Positions 34,280 to 46,328 of a stretch of DNA of 64,000 nucleotides are shown one piece after another. The DNA is taken from contig NEEC01000008.1 in assembly GCA_002189035.1 (NCBI GenBank), forward strand, positions 3,224,001 to 3,288,000, written 5' to 3'. This stretch comes from Utricularia gibba. Its lineage: Eukaryota > Plantae > Magnoliophyta. A program made the position numbers and the translations under genes. How positions within the stretch are numbered: the first letter of the stretch is position 1; each line of letters opens with the position of its first letter. The notes under the pieces were generated by a model. That model was not told the origin of the DNA, did no database searches, and saw nothing but the letters and a program-made list of their open reading frames with translations.

Positions 34280-36820
34280 CTACCGGTTATCGGCTGCGCA
34301 AGCGACTTTACTCCGTCCCGATCATGCGCCTACATGATTCTCCGGGAGCCTTGAAATGCCGGATCATGATCTAAATATCTCTTGTGTTGCAGTCACTTCC
34401 CCGTTCCCTCTCAAGCAAAACTACATCCAGCAGTTGGTGCATTCTCTGGTTATGTTCTAACAGTGCCACTGCAGGATTTTATTCCATAGTCCGTCTTATT
34501 GGGCCTGATTGATGGATCAATTAATAAGAATTATCAGGCCCAATTCAAATAACGTGGATAGTTCATTCAGCCCAATCCACGACTCCCTTCTTATGTGCAT
34601 CATTAGGGGATTGGAAAACCGGGTTAAACCGAAACGAATCGAACTTTCTTAACTCCGGTTTTAGGGTTTCGGGTTTCGGGTTTGTGAATATTGGTAAAAC
34701 CTATGGTTTTTGTATAAAAAAAAGTAATTGGGATCCAGAGTCACATGATCTACTATGAGGTTGAGATTTGAAGTACGAGAGATGGGGTCAGTGGGTGTAC
34801 ATTGTCGTCGACACAAGGACAATGGGGTGGGTGACCTGCGTGGCTCTCACAAACTCCTCCATGGGACACGACAACTCACATAACTCCTCTCGATAAAATC
34901 GCATGAATGACAGACACGAATGAATAGGCAGAGGTGCATTTCCATCTTCATTGCTTCCTTCATTTACGTGGTCTTCTGGGAAACCCCATCAGGCTTCCCA
35001 TTTGTGTGTAACTCTCAGGAATGGCATTGAAATTCAGAGTCCAATGAGCGCAGTTATGAGAAACTTGAACGAGTGAATGCATGATGCGGGCGCCCACCTT
35101 CTCAAAGCTGGTTGTCTGCAAACAAAACAACCTGTGGCGTGGCTTCTTCTTGCAAGGATGCTCGAAATCGGATGTTCGAGCCGTATGGATCGCCATCGAT
35201 CCTTAATCGAATCAACCCTTTTCCGGATGAGCGCTCAAGGCCTGTTTATCATCTATCGCGAATGTTGGAATTTCGCATGCACATGGCGTTGGTTCGGATT
35301 CACCGTCACCTCTCTGTCTTGCGGACAATGGAGCGGTCCGAATGAGACAGGATGGTGTGCATGCCCAGAATGATGGTCGTTGGTCCGTTTGCGCCCCCCC
35401 GGGCGATCGATCTCTCCTTTTCATAGAGCTGATGATGCCCTTCGCCATCCTGCACGCGTGCAACATTCATCACCACCAACACACCAAACGAATACAGAAG
35501 AAAGTGATTTCAAATCTGGGTCTATATTTTATTAAAATCACTGTTTGGTTTCTGAGGAGTAAAACCACAGCCACGCACTAGACAACTATTTTTCTTCATA
35601 TTTTAAGGAGCGTAAAAGAAGAAATCTGGTCTGGTCCGAAACCCCACTCGTGGTTTTCTGACACTGAGCGTTTTTGTGTTGACCGTGGGGCGGTGAAAAC
35701 GAAGGCAGTTCGTATTGTCAGATTCCCGCATTCCTTCGCAATAAGATTTGGATCATGATGTCGTCACCGTCACCCCTCCCTCCCTCCCCTTCCACTTTTT
35801 TTAACCATATTTTTTACTATAAGTAAAATTCTTTAAAAATATTTTCATTATCAAATAGGTTCATACCAATGAAGTGTGGAAGTATGTTACATAAATCTCA
35901 TATCAATTACGAAATGTAATTGATAAATAATTTATATATAATAATTTTATCCACCTCTACATGAAACATTTTTCGAGTAAAATGATAACATAAAATCATG
36001 AGTTGAGTGACCAGTGGTGGGGCAAAGATGCTAAATTTCCAAGGGCGGTGAAAATGCCAGCTCAAAGAAGGATGAAAAAAATTTAGACGAATCTCATATT
36101 TATTATGGATGGAGTTAAAGTATAGATGAATCTTCTTTAATCTTGGATGAGACTTTTTCATCGAAAAAAATATATAAAATTTTGAAAACTAGATATCCAA
36201 AACGAATAATATTATGTAAGTTGAGTATAAATCACTATATTATCCTATTTTATTACATACAAACATATGTTTTAGATTTTTTTTTGAAATAGGATTTTTT
36301 TTTTTAAAAAAAGCGAATAAAAAAATCTTAATGTCGCGTCATGCACTCCAATAATAGAGAATAATATTAATAAAATAAAGGACTAATTGTGTGCATTGGG
36401 TGTGTGGGGGCAGGTAACGTGTGTGTGTAATAATATTTTGTAATTAATTTAATAAATAAAAATAAGAGTTCCCGTGGGGAGGAATTAGACATGAAGGTTT
36501 ACCGGGTACCGGGTACGACGTTATTGGCTGGAATATTTTGGGTTGTCTGAAAAAGTAAAACGCGATTTTTTAATTATTATTAATTGAGGGGAAAAGATTT
36601 ATTATTTATTAAATTGGTTCCGTTGCTCTTCTTAAGAATGGCGATGGCCCTCGCCCTCTGTTCCTCAGATCCTCGTTTCTCCACATACATAATTCAGAAT
36701 GCCTCGGATTCTGCATCTTCCACCAATTGATTTTCCCTTTTCCCTTTGTTCCCCATGTTCCATTTCCCATTCCCGTAGCACCGCTGTCTGATCGTCCTTT
36801 CGTATCTTGACTCTTATGTA

Positions 36821-39800
36821 ATGTGGCTGCACCCGCTTTGCTGCCTCACCATGGAGGGGCCGGCAATCGGGGACCCCTCACCGGAACCCGCCGCGCTTCT
36901 CAGAACAGGCTCCGCCATCGATTTATCGGCCGTCCCCAGATCTGAAATCAATAGCGTTGCTGGGATTCTGTACAAGTGGACTAACTTCGGGAAAGGGTGG
37001 CGATCTCGGTGGTTCACGTTGAGGAGCAACGGGGTTCTTTCCTACTCCAAGACGAGTGACGTTGAATCCCAGCCCGGAGGTGATTTGGTTTTGATCGGCT
37101 CCGGCTGCGGCGGCGACCGAAGGGGTGGGAGCAAAAGAGGGAAAAGTAGTCGCATTGTTCATTTAAAGGTGAATAATTTAGTGCTTTTCTGGAAACGGGT
37201 GTGGTTGTTGGGGTGTAAAGTAGTGGGGGAAAACCGGAAAATTGGTTGGTTTTAATTCAGGGGGAAAAAAAGTGTATTCTTCTCTTAGTAAAGAACAAGA
37301 AATGGGGGTGTCGGTCTCTGAAATCCACTTGTTTTTTGTTTCCCTTAACCTGGCAAAAGGATCTGTGTACAAATTCAACTGCAAATTTGCTTCGTTATTC
37401 GAGCCTATTGGTGTTTAGCTTCAAATGGGTGTGGGGCTTTCCTTATTCATCTTCTTCCCTTTTTTTTTAAAAGTATTTCGGGGAGAGGACACACCAAAAT
37501 GGAACTTCAGAGGTGTAGGACAACCTCGTTCTGAGTTTGCGTCAATACGTTTTCTGGTGTCTTAATCCTGGGCTAACTTTGAACTCTTCACTCTCTCTCA
37601 TTCGTTTAAGCTCATCTGATTAGATGTCTAAACCCACAATCTTCTCTACAGAGCCCAATGGGTTGGCTGTGGAACGCCACTGCTACAGCAAAGCTGATCA
37701 TTTCAAAAATTTCTCTTTCTATCTTCCCTCTAGACGCGTTGATTGCGATGCTCTTGTCTTTGTCAATGATAATGGGAACGAAGAACCTCCTTTTCTTACC
37801 TTCGGGGACAGGAAACGAACAAATGTTTGAACTTTCAATTGCATGCTGAGCTGGGAATTGTCAATTAGTTTGACTTCAAAGTGACGAAAACAGGGAACTT
37901 TTTCTATTGTTTGATTGGATGGTGTTGTTGGGCGAACAGTGTGTTCCATCAATGAGGTGATGGGTAATTTGTGCCTAGATGATGACGCTTGATTAGACCA
38001 ATCATTATTGATGTTGGGTATGATTTCATCTTCTTAGACAAAGGAATTCTGATATCATCAACTGTCCCTATCGCAGATCTGTTCGTTTCGTGAGAGCAAG
38101 TCCGATGACCGGAAGTTCTACATATTTACTGCTTCAAAGGCGCTTCATTTAAGGACCAAGACGGTGAAGGAGCGAGTAGCATGGACGCAGGCGCTCATTT
38201 CCTTGAGGAGCCTCTTTTCTCTGAGGCAGCAGAGTGTCAATGCATCGTTTCTAACCAGAGAACTGTCGGTGTCAACTGAAAGACTGAAGCAGCGCTTGCT
38301 CAAGGATGGTGTTGGAGATGGGCTTGTCAAGGAATGTGAGCAGATCATGCTTTCCGAGTTTTCTGGTATACAGGGACAGTTTCGGACACTCTGTGAGGAA
38401 CGTTCTGGTTTACTGGATACTGTAAGGAAGTTGGAGGTAATTTTCAGGTTTCTTAGTTTTGCAGTAGCACACTGGTGCATTCAGTTTGGTAATGTTATTG
38501 TGTTGAAATGTGCCATGTTTTGTATACATATTTTGGATCCCTTTTCAGAAAGAAGTTCAGTTGGATGCATCTGACATCAGTTACCCTTACCAGTTTCAGT
38601 TACATGATTTTCACTTTTCAGGCTGCCAATATTTCAGCTGAGACGCCTGGAATCAGCGACGGTGAATATCAATTGATCAAAAATATGTACATTGACACCC
38701 CATCAAGGAAGTATATTGGTATGATAATGTCTTTTTACCTGTAGATTCAGTACGGAGAAATACATGAGTTTGAATGTCCACTCCTTGAATGCCATGCATT
38801 CCCTGCATTGTTTTTCAATGTTGGCTTTCTGAGCTTCTAAAGGCTTTATATGTATTTTTCACAACTTCTGCATCCTAACTTCTTGGTGTTGTGATAGAAT
38901 GGAGCACTACTGAATCATTGGATGATGTTGAGAAGCAAGAGCTTGAAGAAACATCAGATGATGATATAAAATTCTTTGACGCAGAAGAGGAGTTGTGTCC
39001 TGAGGTGATGGTAGAGAGGGAAACTGTCAAGGTTCTTGATAACCCAAATGCAGGGAGAAAAACATTGGCCCCTAGAAGGAATAAGTTGCCCGATCCAGTT
39101 GAGAAGGAAAAGGCCATTAGCCTTTGGTCTGTAATCAAAGATAACATTGGGAAGGATCTGACAAGGGTCTGCCTCCCTGTATATTTTAATGAGCCGATTT
39201 CCTCTCTGCAAAAGTGTTTTGAAGACATGGAGTATTCTCATCTTCTGGATCAGGCTCATGAGCATGGCAAGGCGGTACGATCTTGTGCTGTCCCTTTTTA
39301 TTTACTCCTCCCAAGGACTACTAGCTTCATCTGCTTTGAAACATGCACTTGCACTGGATTGTAAATCCTTTGAGTTAAACCCGCAAGGGCTTCATTCCAG
39401 GGGAACAGTCTTATGAGAATCTTGACTGTTGCTGCATTTGCCGTGTCTGGATATGCTTCATCTGAGGGCCGACACCGTAAACCCTTCAACCCTTTGCTTG
39501 GTGAAACATATGAGGCTGATTACCCTGAGAAAGGGCTTCGCTTCTTCTCTGAAAAGGTAGTCAAACAAACAGTTACTTCCTTGCAACTGGCATTGAACTT
39601 TCATATGAACCATTTTCAGTATTCTTTGCTGCTTCTTCTTCCTCTTTGCATGGACCTGCATTACTGCTGACTATTTCCTTGGAATAGGTCAGCCACCACC
39701 CTACAGTTATTGCCTGTCACTGTGAGGGCAAAGGCTGGAAGTTTTGGTGTGACACTAATCTTAAATCCAAGTTCTGGGGAAGATCAATCCAACTTGATCC

Positions 39801-40808
39801 TGTTGGTACCCTTAACTTGGAATTCGACGACGGCGAGATCTTCAGATGGAGCAAGGTGCATCCAGCAGCAGTCTTCCTATCTACTCTTCTTTTGCTTTCT
39901 CTAGCATGATCAGCAGAGTAAACCCGGTTGTTGGTTCTCCTCAGGTCACAACCAGCATCTACAATCTTATCATTGGAAATATCAGTTGCGACCACCATGG
40001 AACAATGCATATTCAGGGCAGTGGCCAGTACTCCTGCAGGCTCAAGTTCAAGGAGAGGTCTATCATTGAACGCAGCACTCATCAGGTGCGTACCGCCTGT
40101 TATCCTTTAATGTGGAGTGCAGGGTGATCTGATCCCCTAGCATTTCACACCAGGTGCATGGAGTTGTCGAGGACGTCTCCGGGAAAAAGGTGGCTCGAGT
40201 ATTTGGCAAGTGGGACGAGAGCATGCACTGTGCTTTTGAAGAAGAAACCTGCAACGGAGAGCAGTTCTTGTTATGGAAAAGGGAAAAGCCACCTGAGAAT
40301 CTCACTCAGTATAATCTAACTTCTTTTGCTGTGACTCTGAATGAACTGACTCCAGGGCTCAAGGTATGTAACTGAAGCTCTGATCTTTCTGGTCTATGAT
40401 ATGAATGCCAAATGGATGAAATGTCTGTCTCATGGATGAAGGAGATGCTTCCACCTACAGATTCCAGGCTGAGACCTGATCAACGGTATCTAGAGAACGG
40501 GGAGTTCGAAAAGGCGAATGCTGAGAAGCTTCGACTAGAAACACGCCAGCGAATGGTACATCAAGCTCCCTCTTTTCACTGTATCCTCATCTGTATGGAG
40601 CTACTAATTGACATATTTTGATCACCGAGGGCAGTCAACAAAGCTACAAGAAAACGGCTGGAGGCCAAAATGGTTTCTTAGAGACAGAGATGGACAGTTT
40701 CGTTACACAGGCGAGTACTGGGAAGCTCGAGAAAGAGGCGACTGGGGTGAATGCTCCGATATTTTTGGTGAGATCAATCCAGAGGAGGTACCATCTTCTG
40801 TTTACTGA
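36821..40808 (+). CDS. ORP2: Oxysterol-binding protein-related protein, PH plus ORD (ORP2A/2B-like)
   Basis: HPLCC N-terminus; PH domain [18 protein letters not shown]; ORD motifs [28 protein letters not shown]|[17 protein letters not shown]; stop at 40806-40808. Confidence 0.93.
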
Positions 40809-41623
40809 GTTCTGTGGTCCATATGATCATAGAAAACAGACTTACCATAAACCTCTGTAGCAGTAAATCAAGTCCAACTGTTGGACCAAAGAAGAAGCTA
40901 GTCCTCCTCCAAACGCCATCAAGTCTGATAGCTGCTGCTCTGCAAGAGATTTCAAACCTGATAATAGCACTTGGACTGATTGTTAATCTTGTCTGGAAGA
41001 TTCCACCGTGGCCGAATCCTCCTGTGCGAGTAACCCTGTAGAAAACAGTGATTCCTGTGTTAGTGTAGGGAACTCATTGTCTGAATGCCCTGAGCCCAGA
41101 AAAGCTTATTCCTTGTTGCTTCTATTTAGCAGCACAATAGATTCCGAGTTCCCAATCATAAGCTCCGAGCAAGGCCAAGAGATGGAAGAACTAATCGAAC
41201 ACATCACACGTGTTGGGATATTGTAGGGCAGGTGGAGTGAAATCCCTCAAAAGCAGACAATGCCTTTTGTTCATTCAAGAGAAGGTGATCTCATTCACAT
41301 CCAAAACCAAAGGCTCGATCCAACTCAGTGAGAAATGGAGAGTACAACCCTACCGGACACCCCGCGTGGTCCTCCTCTACGTGCGCTTTGAGGAAGCCGG
41401 TGGCATTGCGGCGGACCGCCAGCAACATGCCAACCACGTTGAGCTATCTTCGGGAACACAGACGGACCCGTTAACCCGATCCATAATCCATAACGGGCCT
41501 GGGCCGTGCTTATTCGGAACCTTGACCAATCAGTCTGTTGTAAGAAAAAGCACCAAGCGGCTGCATGTTGTCACCGGCACCAGCGAACACAGGTTTTTCT
41601 TATCCGAGGGCTTGATCGGAAAG

Positions 41624-43077
41624 ATGGGGAAGTTGGTTTGTGTAACCGGCGCTTCAGGGTATATAGCATCATGGCTCGTCAAACTTCTTCTCGATCGCGG
41701 CTACACCGTCAGGGGAACTGTTCGTGATCTGGGTCAGTTCTCTCCTATCAATCTATCTGCTTCTGCCTCTCCATTTGGTAAACCTGTGAGTGGAATTAAC
41801 AGGTAGAAGTTAATGATCTTGTTTGATCAGGTAATCCCAGTAAAGTTGGGCACCTGAGATCACTTGAAGGGGCTGAGGAAAGGCTGCAGCTGTATGAAGC
41901 CGAATTGATCCAGCAAGGGAGTTTTGATAACATCATCTATGGCTGTCATGCTGTCTTCCACACAGCTTCTCCAGTTCTCCTTGAATCTGAGGATCCACAG
42001 GTTTGACATATGCTGTATATTCACATTTGGGCAGTCTAGTGATAGAGTGTTGCGGATTTTCGTATCAGAGGCAATTGATTGAGCCTGCTGTCAAGGGAAC
42101 TGTCAATGTTCTTGAATCATGTAAGAAATCGCCGTCTGTAAAGCGGGTGATCATAACATCTTCAATGGCGTCTGTGGTGTTCAATAAAAACCCCTTGAAA
42201 GCTGACGATGTAGTTGATGAAACATGGTATTCTGATCCAGTCTTCTGCGAGGAAAACAAGGTAAGCAAGGGGTTGTTAGTCTCTAGGACAAAGGGAGTAT
42301 TATAAATAACAAATGAATGTCTTCGCTTACAGAACTTTTATGCTCTATCAAAAACCTTGGCAGAGGAGGCTGCTTGGGAATTCGCAAAGGCGAATGGCAT
42401 CGAGGTGGTGACTCTGCATCCAGGCTTCGTGGTCGGTCCTCCTCTTCAGCTATCTCTCAACCTGACTTCACAAGCCATTTTGAATATCATCAGAGGTAGC
42501 TATATTTTGAACCGTATTTCCACACCCATGAGGTGCCTCTCATGGAACTGCATTCAACTACAATATATTCTTTGACATAGAACTCTAAGAAACCATAGTC
42601 TAATGAAGGGGTGCACTGAAAATGGAGAGGGACACAAGTGAAATTCCCATTGTTGATATGCAGGAAGTCACTCTGCTGGAGTCTTTCGTTATGTTGATGT
42701 AAGGGATGTAGCTCTAGCGCACATACTAGCATCAGAGAATCCTACTGCACAAGGAAGATACTGCTTGGTTGGGAGAGTTGCCCACTCTTCTCAAGTTGTC
42801 CATATATTGAAGGAGGCTTTCCCCTCTCTCCAGCTCCCTGACCCCCTCATGTGCGTATAGAAAACACAACAGCTTTCTCTTTTTTTTTAATACAGAACAA
42901 AGCACCTTCTGTCTTACATTGTTTGTTCTGCAATGCAGCACCGTGGAGAACACTGGTCCTCTTTATCGAGTGTCCCAGAACAAGACACAGAGCTTAGGCC
43001 TAGAGTTTACTGATCTAGAGGTCAGCCTCAAGGACATGGCGGAGAATTTCAAGGAAAAAGGTCTCATCAGTCTCTGA
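41624..43077 (+). CDS. Cinnamoyl-CoA reductase-like / phenylacetaldehyde reductase-like NAD(P)-dependent SDR
   Basis: [23 protein letters not shown]; VFHTASP; LIEPAVKGT; catalytic YxxSK ([10 protein letters not shown]); [13 protein letters not shown]; six exons. Confidence 0.9.
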
Positions 43078-43136
43078 GTTGATGCTGTACTCTAAACATG
43101 GTATTAATTGCAAACATTGAATAAATAGGCTGCCTG

Positions 43137-44978
43137 CTACCAGTAATCTCCACAGGAACATATACCGTCTCTGAAACAATGAAACCTGTTTCTATCACGC
43201 ACAACTATTTCTCTATTTTCAATCTCAGAAATTAACTTAAAGCAAGCATGGCAGTCTTCACACACGCGAAGGTTTTTAAAGATCCTGATACTTTCTCCTT
43301 GCTGTGTGTTAAGCAGTCCGAAAACCAACGCCAATTTCTCACTGTGTCCAAACAAAACCTTCTCCTTATCGTTCTCTTCCATGTCCATCAGAACCAGTGC
43401 TGTGTTTGGAACATATCCTTTTGATGTCATCTTTCTCAGCAGCTGTTTCCAAGTTACTGAAATATCTTTCATCTGCGGATGACTCTCATCCCCAGCTACG
43501 AACTCATGCACTTTCCCTTTCATATTAATCCAACTCAATCCATAAGTCTTCTTCAACCCCCTGGTTTTCATCAGCTTCCTTACTTTTGCAGCCTCCTCCC
43601 ATTGCTTGGCCCCTGAGTATATATTGGCTAGAACCACATGATAGCCATCATTTAAAGCATCTAGTTCAAGTAATCGCTGTGCTGCAACTTGAGCCATTTC
43701 TAGATTTTTGTGGATTTTGCATCCTCCAAGAAGGGCACCCCACACGGCAGAATTAGGCTTCACAGGCATCAGCTTTATTAACTCGTATGCATCTTGCAAA
43801 AGTCCGGCACGACTGAGGAGATCAACCATGCACCCATAGTGCTCAATACTTGGTTTGATACCATAATCTTCTGTCATGCTGCTAAAAAACGAACGTCCTT
43901 CCTTCACCATTCCCATATGACTACAAGCATTTAAAAGCCCAACAAAAGTAACTTCATTAGGCTTCACTCCAGCACACGTCATTTCAGAGAATAGCTCCAG
44001 AGCCTTTTTAGCTCTTCCATGAATTGCGAAACCTTGGATCATTGCAGACCACGAAACAACAGTCTTCTCCTCGTTCATTCCCTCAAAAACGTTCCATGCT
44101 TCTTGAAGGCATCCACATTTGATGTACATATCAATTAGAGTGTTGCAGACTGAGGTATTTTTCTTAAAGCCACTCTTTTTAGAATATTCATGAAGTCTAA
44201 TTCCCAAATCAAGTTCTCCAACATCGGCGCAGGCAGCTAAAACAGACACCACAGTTATCTCGTTGGCTTCGAACCCCATTTTCTCCATCCTCCGATAAAG
44301 CTCTATAGCCTTCTTAGGAAAGCCACATTGAACACAACCTGAAATCATGGTAGTCCATGACCTTATGTTTCTCTCAGGCATTTGTAAAAACATGTCATAC
44401 GCTGAATCAACATCCCCTACCTTCATTAGATGTGTGATCATTGTATTCCACGTGACAACATCTTTCTGTGGCATCTTGCTGAACATCAGAATCGCATCAT
44501 TCATTTTCCGGGAGGATGCATACAAATTCAAAATCATGTTCAGCAAAACCAAGTTCGATTGAAGTCCAAGTTTCTCTACGTAAGCATGGATGACTCTTCC
44601 ATGAAAAAGGTCAAGTAGTTGCACGCAAGCTTTGAGAACAAAGGACAAAGTATGATCATCTGGGTATAAATCATGTGCCCGCAACTGGTGAAAAAACAAA
44701 ATAGCATCATAGGGAGAGCCACTTTGAGCCAAGTCTCTCAAGCAACAATTCCACAGAAACATCTGTGGACTGTCAAGTAGCAGAAGCATTCGTTTTGCAT
44801 ACTCGAAACTTGGAGTGAGGGCACAAACTGAGGCCACGCGCTGTAGTGGGAGAACTGTGGGTGGGAGTCCAGTTTTTATCAAAACAGCATGCGCTTGCTG
44901 AACCTCACATGGAGTGCTGAACTTATGAAAAAGGTGCTGCACTGACGGAATTCCATTAATGGAGTTTGCTCCAATCAT
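43137..44978 (-). CDS. PLS-class pentatricopeptide repeat protein with E and DYW deaminase domains, intronless, 613 aa
   Basis: PPR motifs (VTWNTMI, VVSWSAMI, EHYGCMVDLL), HSEKLA, KNLRVCEDCH, C-terminal CSCGDYW. Confidence 0.95.
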   Translation of the reverse strand: MIGANSINGIPSVQHLFHKFSTPCEVQQAHAVLIKTGLPPTVLPLQRVASVCALTPSFEYAKRMLLLLDSPQMFLWNCCLRDLAQSGSPYDAILFFHQLRAHDLYPDDHTLSFVLKACVQLLDLFHGRVIHAYVEKLGLQSNLVLLNMILNLYASSRKMNDAILMFSKMPQKDVVTWNTMITHLMKVGDVDSAYDMFLQMPERNIRSWTTMISGCVQCGFPKKAIELYRRMEKMGFEANEITVVSVLAACADVGELDLGIRLHEYSKKSGFKKNTSVCNTLIDMYIKCGCLQEAWNVFEGMNEEKTVVSWSAMIQGFAIHGRAKKALELFSEMTCAGVKPNEVTFVGLLNACSHMGMVKEGRSFFSSMTEDYGIKPSIEHYGCMVDLLSRAGLLQDAYELIKLMPVKPNSAVWGALLGGCKIHKNLEMAQVAAQRLLELDALNDGYHVVLANIYSGAKQWEEAAKVRKLMKTRGLKKTYGLSWINMKGKVHEFVAGDESHPQMKDISVTWKQLLRKMTSKGYVPNTALVLMDMEENDKEKVLFGHSEKLALVFGLLNTQQGESIRIFKNLRVCEDCHACFKLISEIENREIVVRDRNRFHCFRDGICSCGDYW

Positions 44979-45380
44979 ATTAACTCTTCAGGTTTCAGAC
45001 AACACAATGCAAGAAAATCTGCTTTGCAACTGCAATACGAAACCAAATTACATCACAGCAAGCCAGGGAAAAAAAGGATTTTTTTTTTTTTTGTAATTTT
45101 CGAAGTCAAATCCCGCAGATATGACTTCCCCAGCTTCAGAGCATGCCAAATCTGACCCAAACAAATACAAGCTGACCTGTTTTTTGGAATGCTGTCATCC
45201 TTGATTGACAAACAGGCTCCACACTGATGCTTCAATCACATGATGGAGATTGCGACCAAATGGCCATTATGCCCTTCTTCTTCGATTGCGGTCAAGTTCG
45301 GTGTTGTTGTTCTCCTCTCGTGGATTTTTCGATCATTCAACGACTGCTGCTCGATCATTTGAACCGAAGGAGCTGGGATT

Positions 45381-46135
45381 ATGGAAAACCAGTCTTCTGG
45401 TGATCATACTAGGTCAACCCCTGAGTCAAATCAATCTTCAAAGGATCCTCTGAAGCACAGCAACACAAGGAGAAGAAACTACGCGTGGAGAATCCACCAA
45501 CACGGTAAACACCCATACCCCGACGACAATACCCTCGCCTCCCTCTAATTCATCATGGTCATCATGTTTTTTTGGTGTTGTTGAGCAGTGAAAATGGGAC
45601 CCAAGTTCTGGGAAACGGTGAAAGGGAAGCTAAACCTAGGCGCAACCATAATCCGAAAAGGAGGCCGGGAAAACATATTCAAATCCGCTTTCGGAACCAC
45701 CGACGGCGAACAGCTCCTTAAAGCGTCACAGTGCTACTTATCAACAACCGCGGGGCCAATCGCCGGCACCCTCTTCACCTCCACGGAGAAAATAGGATTT
45801 TTGAGCGAAACACTCATCACCGTGGAAAGCCCAGATGGGGCCGTGATCAGAACCCCATACAAGGTGCGCTGCATCAGAATTCCTCTAAGCTCAGCACTAC
45901 AATGAATTTAAGATAAAAAATAGAGATTTTCCCACAGGTTTCAATTCCGGTGAACAAGATTCGAGGAGTTTACGGAAGAAGCGTAGACAAGTACATTGAG
46001 GTTGTTACGGAAGACAAATTCGAGTTCTGGTTCATGGGGTTCGTGAGACATGAGAAGGCGTTGAAGAATTTGGAGAAGGCGATTTCACTCGTTGCAGATA
46101 ATGCTGGGCCGGGCATGCCCGAATATTCCTTTTAG
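45381..46135 (+). CDS. GEM-like GRAM-domain protein
   Basis: Exons 45381-45502, 45589-about 45862, about 45938-46135; ETVKGKLNLGA, SQCYLSTTAGPIAGTLF, YIEVVTEDKFEFWFMGFV. Confidence 0.88.
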
Positions 46136-46328
46136 ATAATGGGCCTCAGGAAGCCCACTTTCTTATTTCTGTGATAATTTAATAATATATATTTTTAAAG
46201 ATACCATAAAAAATATTTACATTGTGAATTAAATTTCGAATATCAAAATATATATCCCATGATATTATACATTAATATTTATAAAATATTCAACATAAAA
46301 GGATCATTCATATCCAACAAAACAAAAC

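Noticed and set aside
35071-35090. GAGTGAATGCATGATGCGGG resembles a conserved part of the miR319/159 precursor loop
   Set aside because: No mature TTGGACTGAAGGGAGCTCC-like sequence or long fold-back nearby
41210-41623. 138-codon in-frame upstream extension of the CCR-like ORF
   Set aside because: It starts at a non-ATG codon and crosses promoter-like motifs; the family begins at [12 protein letters not shown] (41624)
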